Shown: positions 48,098 through 56,065 of the stretch, one piece after another
Layout of the letters: every line of letters begins with the position of its first letter
How positions within the stretch are numbered: the stretch's first letter is position 1
NCBI GenBank assembly: GCA_017396465.1
Contig: JAFQLU010000131.1
Span: forward strand, 7,065-71,064
Direction of reading: 5' to 3'
Origin: Clostridia bacterium
GTDB lineage: Bacteria > Bacillota > Clostridia > UBA1381 > UBA9506
Length of the DNA stretch: 64,000 nucleotides
Program-made: the position numbers and the translations under genes
The notes under the pieces: model-generated
The model's input: the letters and a program-made list of their open reading frames with translations, nothing else
Told to the model about the DNA's origin: nothing
Database searches by the model: none

Positions 48098-50176
48098 ATG
48101 TACAGAACACATTTTTGTAACGACATCCGTGACGCACATATCGGGCAGACCGTTCAGCTTGCCGGCTGGGTGGATGTTATCCGTGACCACGGTGGCGTTA
48201 TCTTTGTGGACATCCGCGACTATACGGGTGTGACACAGGTGGTTATCCACAATGAGGCACTTTTGGAAAATGTGAACCGTGAAACCGTTATTTCCGTCAG
48301 CGGTATTGTGGAAAAGAGAGACCCGGAAACCGTAAACGAAAAAATTGAAACAGGTAATGTTGAGCTGGTTGCAGATTCTTTGGACGTATTAGGCAAAAGC
48401 AAGAATATGCTCCCCTTTGAAGTGAGAGCATCCAGAACCAGTAAAGACGAGGTTCGTTTGAAATACCGTTATCTGGACCTTCGTAATCCCAAAAATCACG
48501 ATAATCTGGTGATGCGTTCCAAAATCATCCGTCACCTGAGAAATAAAATGGAAGAAAAGAACTTCCTGGATATGCAGACACCGATTTTGACCGCATCTTC
48601 TCCCGAAGGCGCAAGAGACTTTCTGGTGCCCAGCCGTAAGCATCCCGGTAAGTTCTATGCGCTGCCTCAGGCACCCCAGCAGTTCAAACAGCTTCTGATG
48701 GTGTCGGGGTTTGACAGATACTTCCAGGTAGCACCTTGCTTCCGTGACGAGGATGCCCGTGCAGACCGTTCTCCCGGCGAATTCTATCAGCTGGACTTTG
48801 AAATGGCGTTTGCAACCCAGGAAGAAGTATTAGAGGTTTGTGAAGACGTAATCTACGATACTTTTAAAACCTTCTCCGATAAAAAAGTAACAGAAAAACC
48901 TTTCCGCCGTATCACATACGCGGAATCTATGATGAAATACGGTTCCGATAAGCCGGACCTTCGAAACCCCCTTATCATCTGTGACTTAACCGACTTTTTC
49001 GCAGGGGTGGACTTCCCGGCGTTTAAGGGCAGACCGGTTCGCGGTATCGTGGCAGACTGTCAGGGCAAATCCAAGAAATTCTTTGAGGATTCCTTAAAGT
49101 TTGCAACCTCTGCCGAGGTTGGTCTGGGCGGCTTAGGCTATATCACCTTAAAAGAGGGTGTGTTCGCAGGTCCTATTGCGAAATTCCTGTCCGACGCACA
49201 GAAAGAAGAAATCACGGCGTTAACCGGTGTGAAAGAGGGCGAAACCCTGTTCTTCATCTGTGACGATAAAAAGAACGACACCGAGAAAAAAGCAGGTCAT
49301 ATCCGTACCTGGCTGGCAAAACCCGAACAGTTGGATTTAATCCGCGATGATGCCTTTGAATTCTGCTTTGTTGTGGACTTCCCCATGTTTGAGGACGATG
49401 AAGAAACCGGTGAAACCATCTTCACCCACAACCCCTTCTCCATGCCGCAGGGCGGAATGGAAGCGCTTCTTACCAAGAACCCCAACGATGTGCTGGCTTA
49501 TCAGTACGACCTGGTATGTAACGGTATTGAGCTTGCATCCGGTGCGGTTCGTAACCACGATATCGACATCATGAAAAAAGCATTTGAAATCGCAGGCTAT
49601 GATGAAGAAGAATTAAAGAGCCGTTTCAATGCGTTATATACCGCATTCCAGTACGGTGCACCTCCCCATGCCGGCATGGCACCGGGTATTGACCGTATGG
49701 TAATGCTTTTGACCGACGAAGAAAAAATCTTGGATGTTATCGCATTCCCCTTAAACGGTAACGCACAGGATCTGCTCCTTGGTGCACCCAGTGAGGTTAC
49801 CAATCAGCAGCTGGAGGATGTTCACCTGTTAGGCAGCGGCAGTGCATTGGCACAGCGCGCGCAGGCAACCGGCGGTGCATCCAAAGCGGCAAAGGGCAAG
49901 CGTTCCACCTTCTCTAACGCACAGCAGCTGAACCAGATTTCTTTAACCGATGAGGAAGAAGCTGTGGTAGAGGGTATCTTCAAGGCAATGAGCGAAAGCG
50001 AAGAAAAGCTCAAAGCAGTAGATACAGAGAATGTGGAAGAAATGGTACACGTTATGCCGATGACCAACGTTCTGCGTGAAGACGTGCGCAAGCAGCCGTT
50101 TACCAGAGATAGCCTTTTGGAAGGCGCTCCTGAACGCAGTGAGGACAGCTGGCAGGTACCCAGACTTGTAAAGTGA
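48098..50176 (+). CDS. aspS: Aspartyl-tRNA synthetase (probably non-discriminating) fused in frame to a C-terminal GatC domain
   Basis: YRTH.C, RDHGG, RYLDLR, PEGARDF, LPQAPQQFKQ, CFRDED, GAPPHAG, VIAFP; Gly/Ala/Lys linker; then LNQISL...VDTENVE...NVLREDV...LLEGAPE....WQVPRLV. Confidence 0.92.
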   Translation: MYRTHFCNDIRDAHIGQTVQLAGWVDVIRDHGGVIFVDIRDYTGVTQVVIHNEALLENVNRETVISVSGIVEKRDPETVNEKIETGNVELVADSLDVLGKSKNMLPFEVRASRTSKDEVRLKYRYLDLRNPKNHDNLVMRSKIIRHLRNKMEEKNFLDMQTPILTASSPEGARDFLVPSRKHPGKFYALPQAPQQFKQLLMVSGFDRYFQVAPCFRDEDARADRSPGEFYQLDFEMAFATQEEVLEVCEDVIYDTFKTFSDKKVTEKPFRRITYAESMMKYGSDKPDLRNPLIICDLTDFFAGVDFPAFKGRPVRGIVADCQGKSKKFFEDSLKFATSAEVGLGGLGYITLKEGVFAGPIAKFLSDAQKEEITALTGVKEGETLFFICDDKKNDTEKKAGHIRTWLAKPEQLDLIRDDAFEFCFVVDFPMFEDDEETGETIFTHNPFSMPQGGMEALLTKNPNDVLAYQYDLVCNGIELASGAVRNHDIDIMKKAFEIAGYDEEELKSRFNALYTAFQYGAPPHAGMAPGIDRMVMLLTDEEKILDVIAFPLNGNAQDLLLGAPSEVTNQQLEDVHLLGSGSALAQRAQATGGASKAAKGKRSTFSNAQQLNQISLTDEEEAVVEGIFKAMSESEEKLKAVDTENVEEMVHVMPMTNVLREDVRKQPFTRDSLLEGAPERSEDSWQVPRLVK

Positions 50177-50186
50177 GGTGTGTGAA

Positions 50187-51371
50187 ATGAAATATTATGC
50201 TGAAAAGCTGAGTGATAAAGGAACTATCGCGGTGGAAGATACCATTCTGATGAAGGATGTTGCATCTTGCGCAGGTTCCCGTATTCTGGAAGGGTTCAAG
50301 TCTCTCTTCAGCGCAGAAGCGGTTGTCCGCCTGCAGGAAAAGGGCTATGAAATCGCAGGGAAAACCCCCGTAGGCGAATTCGGTTTAGACTTAGTCGGCG
50401 AATTTTCCTACGGCGCTGAGCAGGAAGGTACCCTTTCCGGCGCGGCGGCATCTTTGGTAGCGCAGGGTGAAGCAGAAGCGGCTCTGGGCGTTGACATGAA
50501 CGGTGCAACCAGAAGAGCGGCGGCACTTGCCGGCGTGGACTTCTTAAAACCCACCTACGGAACTGTTTCCCGTTACGGCATCATTTCCTGTGCCGCATCC
50601 GGCGAGCAGGTAGGTGTATACAGTAAAGACGCAGCAGGCGTTGCTAAAATCATGGGTGTGATTGCAGGCCACGATGATAAAGACGGCACAAGCCTGCCGG
50701 AAGCATCTTATGACTATGTAACCGATAAAGCTATCTCCGGCAAAAAGGTTGCCATCATCAGCGATTTGCTTAAAAAAGCAGACGATGATGTGAAAGAAAA
50801 GGTAAATGCCTATGCTGATGCACTTCGCGCAAACGGTGCTAAAGTGGAAGAAATCTCCTGCGACCTGTTTGAAGTGGCAAACACCGCTTGGCAGATTTTA
50901 ATGTGTGCGGAAACCTGCAACAACGTTTCCCGTTACGACGGCGTGAAATACGGTCACCGCGCAGCTTCTTATAAAAATATTGACGAGCTGTATGTAAATT
51001 CCAGAACAGAGGGCTTTAACTTCTTAACAAAAGCCGTGATTCTGTACGGTTCGGATGTGTTATCCAAAAACAGATATAAAGATTGCTACGATAAGTCTTT
51101 GCGCGTTCGCCGCGTGGTGGCAGAGGGCATGAAAAAGCTTTTTGAAAGCTATGATGCCGTGCTGACTCCCGCCTGCGCAAAATCGGCTTACGAAGCATAC
51201 GATATTCATGATGCATTCGGCAAAGTGTTCTCCGAGAGCGTGTTCACCGCAGCTGCAAACTTAATCGGTACACCGGCGCTCGTTTCCGGCGGCGTTCAGC
51301 TTCTGGGTAAGCACTTTGATGAAAGCACACTTTTAAGCCTTGCATATCGTGTGGAAAGGAAGGGTGAATGA
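50187..51371 (+). CDS. gatA: GatA-like amidase-signature subunit, N-terminally truncated and lacking the catalytic triad
   Basis: Position between gatC domain and gatB; GSRILEGF, KPTYGTVSRYG, SRYDGVKYGHR, SRTEGF retained; KDN->EDT, GGSSGG->GTLSGA, GSDTGGSIR->GVDMNGATR. Confidence 0.85.
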   Translation: MKYYAEKLSDKGTIAVEDTILMKDVASCAGSRILEGFKSLFSAEAVVRLQEKGYEIAGKTPVGEFGLDLVGEFSYGAEQEGTLSGAAASLVAQGEAEAALGVDMNGATRRAAALAGVDFLKPTYGTVSRYGIISCAASGEQVGVYSKDAAGVAKIMGVIAGHDDKDGTSLPEASYDYVTDKAISGKKVAIISDLLKKADDDVKEKVNAYADALRANGAKVEEISCDLFEVANTAWQILMCAETCNNVSRYDGVKYGHRAASYKNIDELYVNSRTEGFNFLTKAVILYGSDVLSKNRYKDCYDKSLRVRRVVAEGMKKLFESYDAVLTPACAKSAYEAYDIHDAFGKVFSESVFTAAANLIGTPALVSGGVQLLGKHFDESTLLSLAYRVERKGE

Positions 51372-51373
51372 TT

Positions 51374-52792
51374 ATGAAATACGAACTCGTCATCGGTCTG
51401 GAAACCCATGTGGAACTGGAAACCAACTCCAAGATTTTCTGTTCCTGCGGCGGTCACTCTGCCGCAAAAGAACCCAATGACTGCGTATGCCCTGCCTGCA
51501 GCGGTATGCCGGGGATGCTTCCCGTTATGAACAAGCATGTGGTGGAGCTTGCCGTAACAGCAGGCCTGATGCTGAACTGTAACATCAATCGCTACACCAC
51601 CTTTGATAAGAAAAACTATTATTATCCCGATCTGCCCTGTGCATATCAGATTACCCAGCTGAACCACCCCATCTGTACCGACGGTGTGGTTACCATTAAA
51701 ACATCCGAGGGTGCAAGAGATATCCGCATCAAGCAGATTCATATGGAAGAGGATGCAGGTAAGCTGGTGCACGGCGGAAGCTTCTCTTTTGTGGACTTTA
51801 ACCGTACCAGCGTCCCGCTGATTGAAATCGTAACACAGCCCGACTTCCGCAGTGCAGAAGAGGTTGTAACGTATCTGAATAAATTAAAATCCATGTTCCG
51901 CTCCGGCGGCATTTCGGAATGTGAAGAAGGCGCAATGCGTTGCGACGTAAACATTTCCGTTCGTCCCGAGGGAAGTGAAGAATTCGGCGTTCGTACCGAA
52001 ATCAAGAACATGAGCTCCTTTGACGCTATTGACCGCGCGATTCGCTACGAGGCACAGCGCCATATGGATGCGTTAGAATACGAAATCGAAGAACTGGTGC
52101 AGGAAACCAGAAGATTCGACGATGTCAGCGGTAAAACCTTTGCAATGCGTAACAAGGAAACCGAAGCGGACTACCGTTATTTCCCCGATGCAAACCTGAT
52201 GCCTATCGTAATTGACGATGCTTGGCTGGAAAAAATCAAAGCAAACAAGCCCGTTGCAGTAGACGAAAAGGCGGAAGAATACAGAGAAGCAGGCATTTCC
52301 GAAAAAGAAATCGACATGCTTCTGGCAAGCCACAAAATCAGCAAGCTTTTAGACGATGTGGTAGCAAAAGGCTGCAACGCAAAAGACACCGCAACCTGGA
52401 TATTAACCGACTGTGCAGGTATCCTGCGTAAAGAAGGTAAAACCCTGGGTGAGCTGGAGGTTACGGCGGACAGCTTAGCGGCTTTGATACAGATGGTAGA
52501 CGGCGGCAAAATCAACCGCAGTGCGGCAAGAAAAGTGCTGATTGCCATGATTATTGACGGCGCAGATCCCGTGGCATACTGTAAGGAAAACGGTCTGGAC
52601 AGACAGGTGGATTCTTCCATGATTGAAGGCATCATTGATGCGGTTATCGCCGGAAATCCCCAGGCTGTGGAAGACTATAAAAACGGTAAAACCAAGGCTG
52701 TTCAGGCTCTGTTCGGTGCTTGTATGAAACAGCTTAAAGGTGCAGGTGACCCTGCGGTTATCAAAGAAATTTTAGAACAGAAATTAAAGTAA
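51374..52792 (+). CDS. gatB: Asp-tRNA(Asn)/Glu-tRNA(Gln) amidotransferase subunit B
   Basis: IGLETHVEL, KNYYYPDLP, HMEEDAGK, PLIEIVT, MRCDVNIS, EIKN, QETR, DYRYFP, YqeY-like tail. Confidence 0.96.
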   Translation: MKYELVIGLETHVELETNSKIFCSCGGHSAAKEPNDCVCPACSGMPGMLPVMNKHVVELAVTAGLMLNCNINRYTTFDKKNYYYPDLPCAYQITQLNHPICTDGVVTIKTSEGARDIRIKQIHMEEDAGKLVHGGSFSFVDFNRTSVPLIEIVTQPDFRSAEEVVTYLNKLKSMFRSGGISECEEGAMRCDVNISVRPEGSEEFGVRTEIKNMSSFDAIDRAIRYEAQRHMDALEYEIEELVQETRRFDDVSGKTFAMRNKETEADYRYFPDANLMPIVIDDAWLEKIKANKPVAVDEKAEEYREAGISEKEIDMLLASHKISKLLDDVVAKGCNAKDTATWILTDCAGILRKEGKTLGELEVTADSLAALIQMVDGGKINRSAARKVLIAMIIDGADPVAYCKENGLDRQVDSSMIEGIIDAVIAGNPQAVEDYKNGKTKAVQALFGACMKQLKGAGDPAVIKEILEQKLK

Positions 52793-52801
52793 GAAAAAAC
52801 A

Positions 52802-52835
52802 AAACAGCGAAGGTATAGCGTTACCTTCGCTGTTT
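52802..52835. terminator. Hairpin after gatB with weak U-tail on the plus strand
   Basis: aaacagcgaaggta-tagcgt-taccttcgctgttt; followed by gatta, preceded by an A-rich run. Confidence 0.6.
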
Positions 52836-52853
52836 GATTATGGATGAGGTAAC

Positions 52854-53918
52854 ATGAAAAAAATTCTGCTGATTATGGTGGGCGGCACTATCTGTACCGC
52901 CCTGAACGAAAAAGGAACGCTTTCGGTTTCTGCGGATGCCGGCGCGCTGATAACAGAAAATTTCTATGCGTCCGATTCCCCTTATGCCGGAAGTGTTACA
53001 TTTGATATAACAGAAAACCTCGGCATCTTAAGCGAAAATATGACGGTGGACAACTGGAACCGTATGATAGCTTTGTACCGGGATTCCATCGGAAAAGACA
53101 GCTATAACGGCGTGATTTTTGCCCACGGAACAGATACGCTTGCTTATTCTGCCGCTTTGTTTGCACAGCTTTTGAGTGACACCGATATTCCTGTGTTCTT
53201 CGTGTCCAGCAACGCGCGGCTCACATCGCCCCGTGCCAACGGAAATGAGAACTTCCGTGCGGCGGTGGAATGTATCGCAAGAGGGATTGTGCCGAATGTA
53301 TATGCGGTATACCGGAATATTTCGGACGTAAGAATGTATTTGCATCCGGCATCGAGACTGATGCAGTGCGGAAATTATTCGGAGGATTTTTATAGTTTTG
53401 GCGCGATGGATATAACAAATATTAATGATGAAAATAGCGCGGAATATTTTGAAATGCTTCGGAAAAGCTATCCGCCTGAAAAACGCAAACCGGGCTTTGA
53501 TTTCAGCAAACTGCCGCCACTTTGCGACCATGTTCTGATGCTGATGCCCTATGTGGGACTGCGGTATGATGTGATAGACTACAGCAAGTTTTCTGCGGTA
53601 CTTCACGGCACCTACCATTCCGGAACGGCTTGTGCCGAGGCGGAAAATGAAAGACATATGCTTTTGTCCATGCTGGATGCCTGCGGAAAAGAGAAGGCAG
53701 ATGTGTATTTTGCTCCGTCGAAGCCGGAGGGGGAAATTTATGATACGGTACGGGTGATTGCATCCCACGGTGAGGGAAACGAAAAAATTCGGTTTCTTTA
53801 CGGTTATACCAATGAAACGGCGTATGCAAAGCTTCTTCTGGCGTATTCTGTGATGAGTGAGGAAGAAAGAGAAGAATTTATCCGTACAGAACGGAATTTT
53901 GAAAAAATTGATGCGTAA
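52854..53918 (+). CDS. Asparaginase/glutaminase-family protein (AnsA/GatD-like fold), atypical
   Basis: MVGGTIC, LSENMT, HGTDTLAYSA, TYHSGT; GAGGT RBS. Confidence 0.85.
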   Translation: MKKILLIMVGGTICTALNEKGTLSVSADAGALITENFYASDSPYAGSVTFDITENLGILSENMTVDNWNRMIALYRDSIGKDSYNGVIFAHGTDTLAYSAALFAQLLSDTDIPVFFVSSNARLTSPRANGNENFRAAVECIARGIVPNVYAVYRNISDVRMYLHPASRLMQCGNYSEDFYSFGAMDITNINDENSAEYFEMLRKSYPPEKRKPGFDFSKLPPLCDHVLMLMPYVGLRYDVIDYSKFSAVLHGTYHSGTACAEAENERHMLLSMLDACGKEKADVYFAPSKPEGEIYDTVRVIASHGEGNEKIRFLYGYTNETAYAKLLLAYSVMSEEEREEFIRTERNFEKIDA

Positions 53919-53932
53919 AAAGGATGATAATA

Positions 53933-55090
53933 ATGACAGTAAAACTGTATGACAAAGATGCATATATCAAAGAATTTACCGCCACAGTTCTGTCCTGCGA
54001 GGAGACTGATGGCGCATATCAGGTCGTGTTGGACGAAACGGCGTTTTTCCCCGAAGGAGGCGGTCAGCCGGCAGATACCGGAACGCTGGGTGAGGTAAAT
54101 GTTAAAGATGTGCAGGAGGAAAAGGGCATCATCGTTCATATAACCGACGGCGCTTTGCCTGTGGGGGAAAAGGTTTCAGGAAAGCTCAATTGGGACATAC
54201 GTTATTCACGCATGCAGAGTCACGCCGGAGAGCATATCGTTGCAGGAACGGTGCATACCATGTTTGGCTACGATAATGTGGGCTTTCATTTGAACGACAG
54301 CTTTATGACCGTGGATGTGAGCGGTCCTTTAACCAAAGAGGATATCGGCAGAATCGAGCTTGCGGCAAACAAAGCCATTTATCAGAACAACGCCATCACC
54401 GTAACATTCCCCTCAACGGAGGAAGTGGCGGCGTTAGAGTATCGCAGTAAGCTGGACATCACCGAGGGGCTGCGCATTGTGACCATCGAAAATGTGGATT
54501 GCTGTGCTTGTTGCGCACCGCATCCCAAAAGCACGGGAGAAATTGGCGCGATAAAAATTTTAGACTTCTATCCCAACAAAGGCGGAACCCGAATGGAAAT
54601 GGTGGCAGGTTTGAATGCATATCTGGACTATAAAAAACTGCACGAAGCCAATAAAACATTGATGAAGCTGCTCTCTGCCGCAAGAGATGAAGTGGCGGAA
54701 ACCGTAGAAAAGTTAAACGAGCAACTGCAACAACTCAGAGGCGAAAATCAAAGACTTTCCAAGGAACTGGCACTTTCCGCCATGGCACCGGTTGCGGTAG
54801 GTGATTCTGCCTATGTGATTTCGGAAGGCTTATCTTATGACGAGTTGCGCCATTGCTCCAATAGCTTAACGGAGCAGGGCTTCAAAAACTGCATTCTTTT
54901 GTCTCGCTCGGAGGAATCAAGCTATATCTATGTGGTAAGCAGTAGTGAAAACGAGGCAAAGGAAAAGGTTTCCGCGCTGAACGAAGCATTTTCCGGCAAA
55001 GGCGGCGGAAAACCCAATTACGCCCAGGGGAAAATCACGGTAGAAGATGTGGATGCCGCGAAAAGCTTATTGGAAAAATTGTTGCAATAA
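53933..55090 (+). CDS. AlaX-type alanyl-tRNA editing protein with C-terminal DHHA1/C-Ala domain
   Basis: FFPEGGGQPADTG, HAGEH (HxxxH), CCAPH (CxxxH), GKGGGKPNYAQG; no aminoacylation domain. Confidence 0.9.
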   Translation: MTVKLYDKDAYIKEFTATVLSCEETDGAYQVVLDETAFFPEGGGQPADTGTLGEVNVKDVQEEKGIIVHITDGALPVGEKVSGKLNWDIRYSRMQSHAGEHIVAGTVHTMFGYDNVGFHLNDSFMTVDVSGPLTKEDIGRIELAANKAIYQNNAITVTFPSTEEVAALEYRSKLDITEGLRIVTIENVDCCACCAPHPKSTGEIGAIKILDFYPNKGGTRMEMVAGLNAYLDYKKLHEANKTLMKLLSAARDEVAETVEKLNEQLQQLRGENQRLSKELALSAMAPVAVGDSAYVISEGLSYDELRHCSNSLTEQGFKNCILLSRSEESSYIYVVSSSENEAKEKVSALNEAFSGKGGGKPNYAQGKITVEDVDAAKSLLEKLLQ

Positions 55091-55104
55091 AGGATGTAAT
55101 CACA

Positions 55105-55143
55105 AAAGCTCGTAGGGAAGATATTTTCTCCCTACGAGCTTTC
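55105..55143. terminator. Hairpin between convergent alaX and araC, overlapping the araC stop
   Basis: aaagctcgtaggga...tccctacgagcttt. Confidence 0.6.
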
Positions 55144-55899
55144 TTTATTCATTTTCATGGGCGAGATGCCGTACTTTTTTCGGAAAGCACGGCTGAAATA
55201 TAAGGGATCTGTATATCCCACCGATGCGGCAACCTCGGTGATGGTTTCAAAATCACCGTTATCAATCAGCGCCTTGGCATGGGAAATTCGCTTGCTGATG
55301 ATATATTTCTGCGGCGTTTGTGCAAACTTTGCCACAAAGATTTTGCGGAAATATGTGTCGGAAATGCCGCACAAAAGGTGAAGATGGTCTGTTTTTAAAT
55401 GACTGTCGAATATATGATCCCGCAAATATTGCACCGCAGGCGCAATCAGCTGAAATTTCTGCTTTGCGGCGTAGTCTGTGTTTTCCAGGTTGGAAATGTG
55501 GGAAATTAAGCTATAAAACATGGCATAGCATTTGTATTTATCCGATGGATGCTCCAGCTTCCACAGGTCTGCAAAATGAGAAAAAAAGTCTCTTGCCTCG
55601 GGAAAATTTTCCATAGAATAAACTGTCGGCTCGGGGTGATGGATATCTGCTTCAAACATGATGGCGCAAAAACGGCAATCTGATTCCGGGACGGATATAA
55701 AGTCATAGGAGGAACCGCAGGGAAGAAAAATCATTTCATTTTCCCGCACGGTGAGGTGCTTGTTCTGAAAATAAAAGGTACCGGCACCCATGGGGCGATA
55801 AACGAAACTGTGATTTTTTTTGAACTCCACATGGGACTGTTTTTTAGAAGCACCGGTGGAGGTGGAAAGCAGTTTTAAATTTTCCATATTTTCAAACAT
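55132..55899 (-). CDS. AraC family transcriptional regulator
   Basis: ITEVAASVGYTDPLYFSRAFRKKYGISP; start at MFEN after GAGG. Confidence 0.9.
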   Translation of the reverse strand: MFENMENLKLLSTSTGASKKQSHVEFKKNHSFVYRPMGAGTFYFQNKHLTVRENEMIFLPCGSSYDFISVPESDCRFCAIMFEADIHHPEPTVYSMENFPEARDFFSHFADLWKLEHPSDKYKCYAMFYSLISHISNLENTDYAAKQKFQLIAPAVQYLRDHIFDSHLKTDHLHLLCGISDTYFRKIFVAKFAQTPQKYIISKRISHAKALIDNGDFETITEVAASVGYTDPLYFSRAFRKKYGISPMKMNKESS

Positions 55900-56065
55900 G
55901 GTATCTTCCTCGTTTTTCTGTGATGTCAAGTTGATTCTATCACATCCTGATAGGAAAATCAATACAGTTTCACATATTTGTTCTGAAAAATCCATGTTGT
56001 TCGGTTTATTCTATTTACTCTTTCCGGATTTTTGTTATAATGAATGAGAAACGGGAGGCGACGGT

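Noticed and set aside
50187-51371. gatA as an ordinary pseudogene
   Set aside because: Uninterrupted frame, RBS, coupling to gatB and retained interface motifs; the losses are concentrated at catalytic positions.
53028-53963. 311-aa minus-strand ORF
   Set aside because: Antisense shadow of the asparaginase gene, with no motifs or RBS.
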